Assembly: GCA_963788655.1 (NCBI GenBank)
Contig: CAWBHS010000105.1
Span: forward strand, 1-15,746
DNA: 15,746 bases
Direction of reading: 5' to 3'
Origin: an uncultured Verrucomicrobiae bacterium
Lineage (GTDB): Bacteria > Verrucomicrobiota > Verrucomicrobiia > Limisphaerales > JAFGQR01
Part shown: one piece after another, positions 7,179 through 15,746 of the stretch
How the letters are laid out: each line of letters starts with the position of its first letter
Position numbering within the stretch: position 1 is the stretch's first letter
Translations under genes and position numbers: made by a program
The notes under the pieces: model-generated
What the model was told of the DNA's origin: nothing
Seen by the model: only the letters and a program-made list of their open reading frames with translations
The model's database searches: none

Positions 7179-7910
7179 TCAGTCCAGCGTTTTGATCCGC
7201 ATGTTCTTAAACTGGATTCTCATCGGCTGACCTTGGTGAATTTGCAAGGCCAGGATGCCGGACATCACTTGCTTCTTGGGATCCTTGTCGATGACGTCCA
7301 CGGTCTGCAGGCCGTTGATGAAGTGCTGGAAATGGTTGCCCTTGGCGATGATGACGTAATCGTTCCAGCCGTTCTTCTTAATGTTGGCTTGGATTTCCGC
7401 GGAGGTCTTTGGGGTTTTGCCGACGACCTGTTTCTTGCCGTCTTCACCCCAGACCACTTTCTCGCCGCGCGCCGCCATGATGCCGCGGGTCATGCGTTCT
7501 TCATAGAGGATGCCGGAATAGGTGTCCCCCACTTCCATGTCCGCCTGGTAGCCGCCCACGACGTGATTGCCAAAGTCCTTGCTGCGATATTGCACGCCGG
7601 AATTGCCCCAGTCGCTGGTGAACCGGTAGGAGAACCGCAGTTCGAAATCGCCGACCACCAGGTCTTTGTCACCGTCTTTTGCGATCAGGAAGTTGTTGCC
7701 TTTGGCGGGATTGTCCTTCGAGGTGGTGCCGGTAATGGCGCCGTCTTCCACGGACCAATGGTTCTTACGGCCATCCCAGCCGGTAAGGTCTTTGCCGTTG
7801 AAAAGCGGTTTGAAGCCCGCTTCGTTGTCCGCCGCCCGCAGGCTGACGGAGGATTGGATACAAACCGCGCCGAGGACCAGCGCTGCCAGAAAAGGTGTCA
7901 TTGTTTTCAT
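7179..7910 (-). CDS. Secreted DUF1080 (3-keto-disaccharide hydrolase-like) protein
   Basis: Motifs GFKPLFNGKDLTGW, DFELRFSY, GNSGVQYRS, GYQAD, WNDYVI, SGILALQIH and IQFKNMRIK. Start placed at ATG 7910, ahead of the signal peptide (the listed ORF begins at 7952). Confidence 0.92.
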   Translation of the reverse strand: MKTMTPFLAALVLGAVCIQSSVSLRAADNEAGFKPLFNGKDLTGWDGRKNHWSVEDGAITGTTSKDNPAKGNNFLIAKDGDKDLVVGDFELRFSYRFTSDWGNSGVQYRSKDFGNHVVGGYQADMEVGDTYSGILYEERMTRGIMAARGEKVVWGEDGKKQVVGKTPKTSAEIQANIKKNGWNDYVIIAKGNHFQHFINGLQTVDVIDKDPKKQVMSGILALQIHQGQPMRIQFKNMRIKTLD

Positions 7911-8058
7911 AGTGTAATTGCTTGGGTAGGACGTTTGGGGGACTGCTTTCATTCACTTCGCTGCAACGCCGGAGCCCCGAGATGAAACCGTGACTCCGGA
8001 CCAGGCCGGGCAGGGGATCGCTGGTGTTTTCAAAAGTCAGCCCCTGTCGTCGTGACCG

Positions 8059-8907
8059 TTACGCTTTCAAAGTCTGTTGCAGGAACTTCAGTCCGTTGGT
8101 GGCGATTTCCTGGCGGCTGGGTTCCATTTTTCGCCAGATGCACGCGGCTTTGGCGATGATTTTCACATCTTTGGTAAAGGATTCGATCACCACGTCGCCT
8201 TTGTAGCCAACGGCTTTGAGGGCTTTGGCAATGCCTTCCCAATCAATGTGATCGTTGCCAGGCGTGCCACGGTCGCTGCCGCAGGCGTGGAAGTGGCCAA
8301 GATTCTTACCGGCCTTGCGGATGGCGGCGGCCTGGTTCTTCTCCTCGATGTTCATGTGGAACGTATCCAAGAGCAGTTTGAGCGCTGGACTGCGCACCGC
8401 CTTGACCATCTTCAAGGCCTGATCACAGGTATTGATGAAGTCGGTTTCGAAGCGGTTGAGTGGTTCCATACAAATCTGTTTGCCCTTTGGCTCGGCGTAT
8501 TTGCAGATCGTCTTGAGGTTCTTGACCACGGTAGCCCATTGCTTCTGGTAATCCTTGGGCTCGACCGCCTCAGAGCGGCCCACCGCTGAATATACCGGCC
8601 CGATGAAGGACGGACAATCCAGCACGACCATCTGGTCGAGGCACTGTTTCATGTATTTCAGTGAATTCTTTTGCGCTGCGGCGTTGCCGCGCAGGTCACG
8701 GTCGGGCCCAAAACAGCCGCAGGCCGAGCCGCAAACCAGCCCGGCTTTGTCCAGTTCCTTTTTGACATGGACCGGATCGAATCCCGCCGGATCGTCAATG
8801 GCGATCTCGACGGTGTCGAAGCCCCATTGCTTGAAGGTCTTGAACCATTTGGTGCTTTGGTTGGTGAACGGAAACGTGAATAGGAATGTATTAATACCGA
8901 GTCTCAT
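8059..8907 (-). CDS. Sugar phosphate isomerase/epimerase family protein, D-psicose/D-tagatose 3-epimerase-like
   Basis: TIM-barrel metal and catalytic motifs MEPLNRFET, LLDTFHMNIEE, HFHACGSDRGTPG and VIESF. Confidence 0.92.
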   Translation of the reverse strand: MRLGINTFLFTFPFTNQSTKWFKTFKQWGFDTVEIAIDDPAGFDPVHVKKELDKAGLVCGSACGCFGPDRDLRGNAAAQKNSLKYMKQCLDQMVVLDCPSFIGPVYSAVGRSEAVEPKDYQKQWATVVKNLKTICKYAEPKGKQICMEPLNRFETDFINTCDQALKMVKAVRSPALKLLLDTFHMNIEEKNQAAAIRKAGKNLGHFHACGSDRGTPGNDHIDWEGIAKALKAVGYKGDVVIESFTKDVKIIAKAACIWRKMEPSRQEIATNGLKFLQQTLKA

Positions 8908-8928
8908 AATGTTAGAAATGTTGGGCGG

Positions 8929-8956
8929 AGGTTAAGCAATGCGGCGTCAGTGTCAA
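8929..8956 (-). promoter_or_regulatory. Putative sigma70 promoter of the epimerase-DUF1080-ThuA cluster
   Basis: Minus strand TTGACA-16 nt-TAACCT, about 20 nt upstream of ATG 8907. Confidence 0.4.
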
Positions 8957-9052
8957 ACGCATTTGAAGTTCCGGGTGACCTCAATTCGGGCGGCGGCAGG
9001 CCGGTATGTTCTTGCCCCGCCACGATCGATCGCTCAGGCTGAACTAGTCGAG

Positions 9053-11638
9053 TTAGTGCCGTCGCAAAATGAGTTGGTGTTCCAGGCGTCGGGTCTGATG
9101 GTATTCCAAGGGCGGCAGATCGGTGAGCGTCGGTGACTCCGTCTCACGAAGAATGCCCTTGGCCATGGTTTGGAGGGCAGTCCAGCGGGGCCAGTCCAAT
9201 TTTGGGGCGTGACTGATTTGCCGCAGCAGACTGCGCCATTCGATGATCACCCGGTCGATGTCGCCCTCGCCTACGAGCGGAGTGATCCAGGCCCGTTTGC
9301 TGGCCGGATCTTTGTGGATGGAAGCCACGACTTGCTCGGCCCCGGCACCGTAATGCGGCGGCACACCGTTTTCGAGGTAACCGGGAACGGACTGCATGCC
9401 ATAGAGCCGATGGCAGGCCAACGGCAAACGGCCGCCGTATTGATTGTCGTCGCCGCAGAACCGGAAATTGGCGTCGAGATTGGCCAGGTCATAGATGAGT
9501 TCATCCAGCGGATAACTCTCGTCCTCGAGCGCCGCTGCCAAACCCAGCCCGAAGCTTTGCGAGAAGAAGCTCACCATCCGGCCGCGCCGCGTGGGCGCGC
9601 CCGCGGCATCCACCAAGCCCAGCCGTCGCCAGAGCATGGCGGCCCCGGCGGCCCGGGAAAGTTTGCGGCAGATGCTCACCAGCGAACATTGCGCACAGTC
9701 GTCCGGCAACACTTCCCGTTCCGTGGGGCGCCATAAAGCAATCCCGTGCCGGTCCACCGGAACGCGCAGGGTAAGGGTGGCCAGGCTGACCAGAGCCAGA
9801 ATCTTTAGGGGCGTTTCTTCGAAGCGGATGACCGGGGTCTTTTGGACTTGCGCCAATTTCTTCTGCACCAACGGTGCGATTTTGGCGTCCCATAATTCCC
9901 GCGAAGCTTGACGGCCTTTCCAATTGGTCAGCCGCCGGACCCACTTCACCAGCAGAATCCGGTTATTGTTTAGGATTTCGGCTACCGTGAGCGAACGGCC
10001 ATAATATTGGTGACCGTTCTCTTCGCTGGCCACCTCCAAAGTGCCATGGCCGACTTTCTCCAGGGCTGTGGGTTCAGTTAGAAGCGGACGTAGCATGGGG
10101 ACCGGCTCTGATACCGCACGCTCGGAACTGGCCGTGCGGCTGACAACAGCTTTTGCCGGCGAAGAGTTTTCCCTGCTCGGGGTCAATCGAGAGGCCGCGG
10201 CTGCTTGGGAGTCGGTGATTTGAATGTCACGAGCCGGTATTTCCCGTGCAGACGGCGTGCGCTCCCATTCGCCGCGGCTGTTCAACATTTCGCGGACGCG
10301 CAGACGCACGTGGCGGGCGCGTTCGGCATCGGTCCTCAAGCCGCAGGGCGGGTCCGGATGTTTGAGCGATTCTTCGACGCCCAAACAAATGGGTTTCGCC
10401 GTGAACAGGCGTTCCTGGATCTGGACCGCTTCGGCGAACGGATTGCGGCCCTGGTCGGCCGCGGCGCTCATAATGCCCAACAGCGCGCTCCAGTCCACGA
10501 GGCCGCTGCGCGAAAGATAGACCGGATGGCCTTCGCGGAGGCGGATTTCATTGGCACTGACCAAGGCGTAACCGACTTCGTCGATACCCCGCCGGCCCGC
10601 CCGGCCGAACATTTGCAGAATTTCGTGCGGTCGCAACGGTTGTTCCACGTAGTCGCGGCGATAGGAATCACCCGCGAGCGCCACGCTGCGCAACGAGAAG
10701 TTGATTCCGGCGGACAAGCCCATGGTGGCGACGACCACTCGTAACTGGCCGGCCTTGGCCAAGGGTTCGATGACCCCCGCGCGGGCACCGTAGCTGAGGC
10801 CGCTGTGATGGTAGGCGATGCGCGATTTGAGCAACTTGGCCAGATGATCGCCGACCAGTTGTTTTTGCTCCGACGTCAAGGCCAGCGGATCCGGGGTGGG
10901 CAACTGCCGGGCCAGTTCCAGGGCCAGCGCTTCGGTCGCCAGCCGCCGCGGGGCGAAGATCAAAATGGGCCCGAGGCCTTCGGCCAGCGCGCGCGCCGCG
11001 AGGCGGGCCCAATAGCTTTTGATTGATGGCGGGACGTGATAATTCAGACTCAGGGCAAAGACTTCATCCAACGGCACCGGCCGTTCGTCATGGCGGACCA
11101 CGATGGCGCGACGTCCGAGGCGGGTGAGCCATTTGGCCACGTCCTGCGGATTGGAGACACTGCCGCTTAGCAGCAGAAGCTGCGTTTGGGGCGGGGCGAG
11201 GGCGAGGGCCAGTTCGTAATTCAGCCCGCGATCCGGATCGCTGATCATCTGGTATTCGTCCACGACCAGCAGACTGGGACCATCGCCGGCGATCAGGCGG
11301 TTCTTTTGCGTTTCCAGCGTGGCGACGATGATTGGGGCGTTGAGATTTTCGGAAAGGTCGCCCGTGGCAATCCCGACATCCCACCCGCGGGCCCGCCATT
11401 CGGCCAGTTTGTCGTTGGCCAGCGCGCGGGTGGGCACGGTGTAAATGGCCTGCCCGCGCGGTTTCCCCTGGTTGGACCACAGCTCGAAAATCAAGGTCTT
11501 ACCGGCACCCGTCGGAGCCTGCACCACCACGTCTTTGCCGGCGCGCAACGCTTGCACGGCTTCCTGCTGCCAGAGGTCGGGAATAGTGACCTTGTTGAAG
11601 GCGAGGGCGTCGGCGAGCTTGTCCTCTAACGTGTACAC
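9053..11638 (-). CDS. SF2 DEAD/DEAH-box helicase, Ski2/HelY-like
   Basis: Q motif (DLWQQEA), Walker A APTGAGKT, PTRALANDK, TGD, DEYQ, LSGS, IAYHHSGL, VATMGLSAGINF and QMFGRAGRRGID. The start is uncertain: GTG 11638 is preferred because the longer 11794 start runs through a palindromic repeat. Confidence 0.9.
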   Translation of the reverse strand: MYTLEDKLADALAFNKVTIPDLWQQEAVQALRAGKDVVVQAPTGAGKTLIFELWSNQGKPRGQAIYTVPTRALANDKLAEWRARGWDVGIATGDLSENLNAPIIVATLETQKNRLIAGDGPSLLVVDEYQMISDPDRGLNYELALALAPPQTQLLLLSGSVSNPQDVAKWLTRLGRRAIVVRHDERPVPLDEVFALSLNYHVPPSIKSYWARLAARALAEGLGPILIFAPRRLATEALALELARQLPTPDPLALTSEQKQLVGDHLAKLLKSRIAYHHSGLSYGARAGVIEPLAKAGQLRVVVATMGLSAGINFSLRSVALAGDSYRRDYVEQPLRPHEILQMFGRAGRRGIDEVGYALVSANEIRLREGHPVYLSRSGLVDWSALLGIMSAAADQGRNPFAEAVQIQERLFTAKPICLGVEESLKHPDPPCGLRTDAERARHVRLRVREMLNSRGEWERTPSAREIPARDIQITDSQAAAASRLTPSRENSSPAKAVVSRTASSERAVSEPVPMLRPLLTEPTALEKVGHGTLEVASEENGHQYYGRSLTVAEILNNNRILLVKWVRRLTNWKGRQASRELWDAKIAPLVQKKLAQVQKTPVIRFEETPLKILALVSLATLTLRVPVDRHGIALWRPTEREVLPDDCAQCSLVSICRKLSRAAGAAMLWRRLGLVDAAGAPTRRGRMVSFFSQSFGLGLAAALEDESYPLDELIYDLANLDANFRFCGDDNQYGGRLPLACHRLYGMQSVPGYLENGVPPHYGAGAEQVVASIHKDPASKRAWITPLVGEGDIDRVIIEWRSLLRQISHAPKLDWPRWTALQTMAKGILRETESPTLTDLPPLEYHQTRRLEHQLILRRH

Positions 11639-11730
11639 GCCTTTAAGATAGCCAAAACGGGGGAAAGCGAAACCGGGAATGTCGCAGTTCACCTCGTTCA
11701 AAGGAGATCGTCCGAATGGCGACGTGCCAA

Positions 11731-11781
11731 TTCCGCCTTCAGATCGTTCGAACGTCCTGGCCGCCTGAAGGCGGGACTCCA
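11731..11781. repeat. REP-like palindrome between the GNAT and helicase genes
   Basis: CCGCCTGAAGGCGG followed by GACTCCA (11761-11781), plus a partial inverted copy TTCCGCCTTCAG (11731-11742). Confidence 0.5.
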
Positions 11782-11803
11782 AACGGGATGACAAATACGA
11801 GTT

Positions 11804-12226
11804 CTACGCCGGATTACGCGAGCGGCGTAAATACTCGACAGGTTGAAAGCCCAGCTTGGTGTACAACCCATGAGCATCGCGGGTGCGGAGAGCGTGGGTG
11901 AAGGTTTGCAGGTCGGGGTGTTCGAGCAGGCATTGGATCATCCAGGTGCCCAGCCCCTGGCCGCGGTGGGCTGGGTCAATCACCACATCGCAAATCCAAC
12001 TGAAAGTTACGTGGTCGGTGACAGTTCTGACGAATCCCATTTGACGATCGTGGTGATACATCCCGAGGCAGAATGAATGCTGAACGGCTTTTTCGATGAA
12101 TGCGCGGGACCAGTCGGCCGCCCAATAGGTCGCGTTCAGCAGCGCACAAACTTGGTCCAGGTCCAGCCGGGTCTGGTCATCACTCAACCGGTAATCTGCA
12201 CGGGTCCATTCCACGAAGCGCAGCAT
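11804..12226 (-). CDS. GNAT-family N-acetyltransferase
   Basis: Motifs YRLSDDQTRLDLD, TYWA, MGFVRTVTDHVTFSWICDVVIDPAHRGQGLG (acetyl-CoA motif A) and TRDAHGLYTKLGF. Start at ATG 12226 or GTG 12214. The listed extension to 12412 crosses a non-coding hairpin. Confidence 0.92.
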   Translation of the reverse strand: MLRFVEWTRADYRLSDDQTRLDLDQVCALLNATYWAADWSRAFIEKAVQHSFCLGMYHHDRQMGFVRTVTDHVTFSWICDVVIDPAHRGQGLGTWMIQCLLEHPDLQTFTHALRTRDAHGLYTKLGFQPVEYLRRSRNPA

Positions 12227-12289
12227 ACGGACGGCTTGGGCGGGGGCGCAACTCACGGTTTCCCGATTTCGCGCACTCATCCCAAAGCG

Positions 12290-12356
12290 GAGCGCGGAAG
12301 CCTTCATCCGCGCGTTTGCAAGCGTGCGTTCGCGCGGATGAAGACATGCCGCGCTC
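12290..12356. repeat. Long intergenic hairpin (REP-like) between the divergent GNAT and EcsC genes
   Basis: GAGCGCGG / CCGCGCTC enclosing a perfect 13-bp stem CTTCATCCGCGCG / CGCGCGGATGAAG. Confidence 0.6.
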
Positions 12357-12475
12357 TGGAGGACGGGAGGCGTATCGCTCCGCCAGGCCGCTCTCAACTT
12401 TCGAGACGACAAGCCGGCGGTTTAATGGCAGTTTGGCTCAACGGCGTTGAGAATTCGCGACGCTACGATTTGTTT

Positions 12476-13342
12476 ATGGACCAACCACCACCATGGCCTC
12501 GCCCGCCGGTGATCGTGCCGGAGGTTGTGACGGCAATGACCCCGCAGGAATTGCGGCAGTTGGCCTATGCCAAGTCCGTGCTGGAAACGCCCGGTCTGGC
12601 CATCCGCCTGGCCAATCGGTTGGGCAAGCCGATCGAGCACGGTGTCCGTTTGTTGCCGGAAGGCTGGCAAGTGATGGTGCAGAATGCGTCGCGTTCGGCG
12701 TTGATGCGGGCTTTGGACGCGGCAATGGCCACGATGAATCCCCGGGCGCGCAAGCGGGCTTCCGAACGATTTCACAAGCTGCTGGTCGGAGCTTCGGGCG
12801 GGGTTGGAGGAATGTTCGGGTTGGCTTCGTTGCCCCTCGAGTTGCCGGTTTCCACCACCATCATGCTGCGTTCGATTGCGGACATTGCCCGAAGTGAAGG
12901 CCAGGACCTCCGGCATCCGTCCGTGAAGCTGGCCTGCCTCGAGGTGTTCGCTCTGGGGGGGCGGTCCACTGCGGACGATGCGGTGGAAAGCAGTTATTGG
13001 GCAGTGCGGGCGGCGCTGGCGAAGGCCATCAGCGAGGCGGCCACGTTTCTGACGGAACGGGGCTTCTTGGAAAAGACGGCGCCGGCGGTGGTGCGATTAA
13101 TCGCCGCCATTGCCGCGCGATTCGGCGTGGTGGTTTCCGAACAAGTTGCCGCCAAAGCGGTGCCGGTGGTGGGCGCGGCCGGTGGAGCGATGATCAACAT
13201 GGTGTTCATGAATCATTTCCAAGACATGGCCCGCGGACATTTCATCGTGAAACGGTTGGAGGCGAAGTACGGGCAGGAACTTGTCCGTCAGGCCTACGGC
13301 GGATTGCCGGGCACCGCGAAGCTCGAATCGCGGGCCGGGTAG
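12476..13342 (+). CDS. EcsC-family protein
   Basis: Motifs LETPGLA, GGVGGMFGLASLPLELPVSTTIMLRSIADIARSEG, ACLEVFALGG, RFGVVVSEQVAAKAVPVVGAAGGA and HFQDMARGHFIVKRLE. Start placed at ATG 12476. Confidence 0.9.
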   Translation: MDQPPPWPRPPVIVPEVVTAMTPQELRQLAYAKSVLETPGLAIRLANRLGKPIEHGVRLLPEGWQVMVQNASRSALMRALDAAMATMNPRARKRASERFHKLLVGASGGVGGMFGLASLPLELPVSTTIMLRSIADIARSEGQDLRHPSVKLACLEVFALGGRSTADDAVESSYWAVRAALAKAISEAATFLTERGFLEKTAPAVVRLIAAIAARFGVVVSEQVAAKAVPVVGAAGGAMINMVFMNHFQDMARGHFIVKRLEAKYGQELVRQAYGGLPGTAKLESRAG

Positions 13343-13408
13343 GGGAGCGGGGCGCAGCAATTGGCTTGGCCCGTATTCTTAACCCCTCGCACAAAACACG
13401 GACAGACT

Positions 13409-13478
13409 GTAGCCGCCGCCGTGAGGTGGCGGACCTGATGCTTCCTTCCATGCTCCGCCTCCTCATGTCGGCGGCTAC
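13409..13478. repeat. GTAG-type REP doublet (REPIN-like) between convergent genes
   Basis: GTAGCCGCCGCCGTGAGGTGGCGGA (13409-13433) and inverted TCCGCCTCCTCATGTCGGCGGCTAC (13454-13478), 22/25 complementary. Confidence 0.8.
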
Positions 13479-14925
13479 CGCAGTTTGATTCTCGCGTAGC
13501 TAATTGTCCGTGGCGTGTTGGCTCGTTGCCCCAGCAGGTCAATTGAGTCGGAAGGAGGAGACCCCCGCGGACGGTGGCGGTAAAGAAATCGGTAAACGGT
13601 TTTTTCAACGGGATGCGCAAAGCTGGTGTCGTTGAACCGTCGGGCAGCAGTTCCAGGATTCGGTTCTCGGAAACTGCCTGGCCATCGGCATTCCGGCCAC
13701 TGACGTAGAAAATGACGAACAGGCGATTGTCGGGCGTGACTTGAAAACGGGCGCGCCCGGGAATTTCTCGTGCCCCGTTTTCCTCCGCCAGGAGGAGCGT
13801 CTTGCGCAACGTGATCTTGCCATTGCGCACCACCGCGTAGTTCAGGGCATGGCTTTGTTTCGCATCGGGAAAGAATTTTGGGCGCAGGCGTTCATCGATC
13901 GCCCGTTCGGTCCACAGCAAAAGGGCGGCTCCATCGGGAGCTACCCAAAGATCACCCGGACTGATCCAGCCACAGGTTTTCTCCCGGCTGGCGATTTCGA
14001 TCCAATCCGCAAATTTTCCGGAGGTGATGTCGGCGGACCACGTGTAGAAGAGGCGACGGAAGTCATAATCCCATTCGCGGCCGGTAAGCTGCTTTTTGTA
14101 GGCGCGCCATTTCGGATTCGGTTCCACAATGTCACTGACTCCACAAAAATGCACCGTACGATTCCTGAGCGCCACATCGGGATAACAAACGCGAATGGGC
14201 TGCGGTTTTGCGTAAGTGGCGCCCCCGGGCCATTGGAGTTGGCCGCGCGCCGACCACGTCCCGGTACGGTCCCGGAAGGCCCATTCGGCGTGCGTGTAAC
14301 CAATGTTCTGGAACAAGATCAGTTCGTGCGCCGGGCCATCGGCGGCAAAGCTCCGATAGGAATGCTCCGTGAATTGAGGCGAGTCTTTCCAGACGGGCAA
14401 CAGCGTCTGAAAGGGCGCCTCAAGGTCCGCGGTAGCAAACTGTAGGATTTCCGGTCGGGCAGGTCCGCTGTAGGCGTTGGGCTCGGTCAGCGTGGGGTTT
14501 ACGGACAGTAAGAGGTGGCCATTGGGAAAGACCACTAACGGACACGGCTCGCGTGTGCGTCCGGTGACGTCGGTGCGCACTTTGCGCCATCCGGTTGGTT
14601 CGCGTTTAAAAAGCAGCCAACGGCAATTGTTGAGTGGTTTGACCTCGGATAACGTTTCGAGGCCGCTGGCAAAGACATCCGTGCCCAACCGTGTCAGGCA
14701 CGTGGAGCCTTGACACCATAGGGGACCGGCGCCGTTGTCCGGCGATTTGTAGGTGTAAACGTCCTCTTCAATTTCGACCTGGGCTTCGAAGCTTTGATTT
14801 GGCCTCGGGGCTGTTTCGGCGGCAGGAATAGCGATACAACTGAACAGCAACGGTCCTGCGAGGCACCGGGGCACACAGTTTGCGAAGCCGCAATTCAAGT
14901 GGCGAATGTGGGTTTTGGTCAGCAT
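13475..14925 (-). CDS. Probably secreted hypothetical protein (beta-rich, possibly propeller-like), apparent 1-nt frameshift near the C-terminus
   Basis: Long Trp/Tyr-rich ORF with a hydrophobic segment near the N-terminus. Adding one base to the C5 run (13562-13566) gives ...TVRGGSPPSDSIDLLGQRANTPRTISYARIKLR* ending at 13475. This avoids the listed read-through (to 13294) across the REP and into EcsC. Confidence 0.75.
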
Positions 14926-15143
14926 GGTCAGCAGGCCATATCGCGACGGCGCGCTAAAAGCAAACCAAAGATTGGAAGGGACGGCGGGACGACTACGGAA
15001 TCCGAGGACCGAAACAGGACCGAAATCCGAAGTCCGAGAGTATTACGGCAACGGGAAAGTGTTTTGGCCAGTCGGACAAAGCGGGGTTGATTTTAGGGTT
15101 CGGGTTTCGGACGGCAATTCTCAATATGGCTCTATCAATCCCC

Positions 15144-15214
15144 GCCGGGTGAGGGCACCCAGCCTACAACGCCGCAAAACCGCCTTCTGGGTAGGATGGG
15201 TGCCCTCACCCGGC
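15144..15214. repeat. Second GTAG-type REP doublet
   Basis: GCCGGGTGAGGGCACCCAGCCTAC (15144-15167) and GTAGGATGGGTGCCCTCACCCGGC (15191-15214), 23/24 complementary. Confidence 0.8.
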
Positions 15215-15374
15215 ATCCCAATCTTAAAGAGAGGCTACTTGAGCCAGCAGCATTCCGGTTCTTGAATCGGCCGGGGTTTCGCGCACAATGACGACGTGCT
15301 CGACCTTGCACCATTTCAGAACCTTGCCTTGCGCGGAGGATTTCTGATCGCGGAGTAACAAGTAAACTGTGTCC

Positions 15375-15566
15375 ATGAAACGCAACATTGAATTGCTCCT
15401 GCTCAAGTTGGCCGACGGCGGGCGCATCGTGCGCTTTAGTGAGCCGCATTCGGGGCTGTGCTTGGAAAAACGGCTCGACCCCCAGGAATCTGTCGCGCGC
15501 CAGAAAGCGCGATGGAAGCATGTCTTCGTTGCGATGCTTGAACGAGAGTTGGGCACGACGGGATAA
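15375..15566 (+). CDS. Small hypothetical protein (63 aa)
   Basis: Natural-looking sequence MKRNIELLLLKLADGGRIVRFSEPHSGLCLEKRLDPQESVARQK.... It is the most plausible frame in this interval. Confidence 0.6.
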   Translation: MKRNIELLLLKLADGGRIVRFSEPHSGLCLEKRLDPQESVARQKARWKHVFVAMLERELGTTG

Positions 15567-15746
15567 ATCGAGGATGGGGAAGAGCCTTGGCTGCGGCCAA
15601 GTTTTCACCGGTTGGGTGAACCGGCTTACGCCGTGTCAGGTCGCCAAGCTTTTGCTCCCTGCCATCCGGCAATCCGTGGTCAATCCAACCTCCCGGTTTA
15701 GGTTCACAAGTGCTTCCACCGTGAGCCTCGTCTCGCTGCCTTGGAT

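Noticed and set aside
12077..12475. Long N-terminal extension of EcsC (and of the GNAT ORF to 12412)
   Set aside because: The extensions overlap each other on opposite strands and cross a non-coding palindrome. Family motifs begin only after 12476 and before 12226.
6138..14713. Numerous antisense or alternative-frame ORFs over the host genes
   Set aside because: These are shadow ORFs expected in high-GC coding DNA, with no recognisable motifs.
15135..15746. Minus-strand ORFs 15135..15608, 15224..15556, 15436..15672 and any gene at the window end
   Set aside because: They run antisense to the plausible 63-aa gene or through REP sequence. No supportable feature was seen in 15570-15746.

Overview
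The window has two parts. Bases ~1-5150 are the end of a more AT-rich, phage-derived island. It holds a small coiled-coil gene and a probable phage major capsid gene (~285 aa when reconstructed). The capsid gene is split by a nested insertion: a ~270-bp non-coding element with 12-bp terminal inverted repeats and a target duplication, which folds into a long imperfect G-U-rich hairpin and itself carries an IS4-type transposon at its apex. After the capsid come a 24-aa ORF, three tandem hairpins, a 32-bp direct repeat and a complete IS701-family element. No tail or portal genes follow. Bases ~5150-15746 are GC-rich host chromosome, probably Verrucomicrobiota (inferred from protein and repeat style). 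They encode a DUF6370-like secreted protein, a cluster of ketose 3-epimerase, DUF1080 and ThuA genes, a Ski2/HelY-like helicase, a GNAT acetyltransferase, an EcsC protein and two hypothetical proteins, with several REP-like palindromes between genes. Five apparent frameshifts can each be repaired by adding one base to a homopolymer run, which suggests long-read sequencing errors rather than true decay. All family calls come from motif recognition by eye, not database searches.
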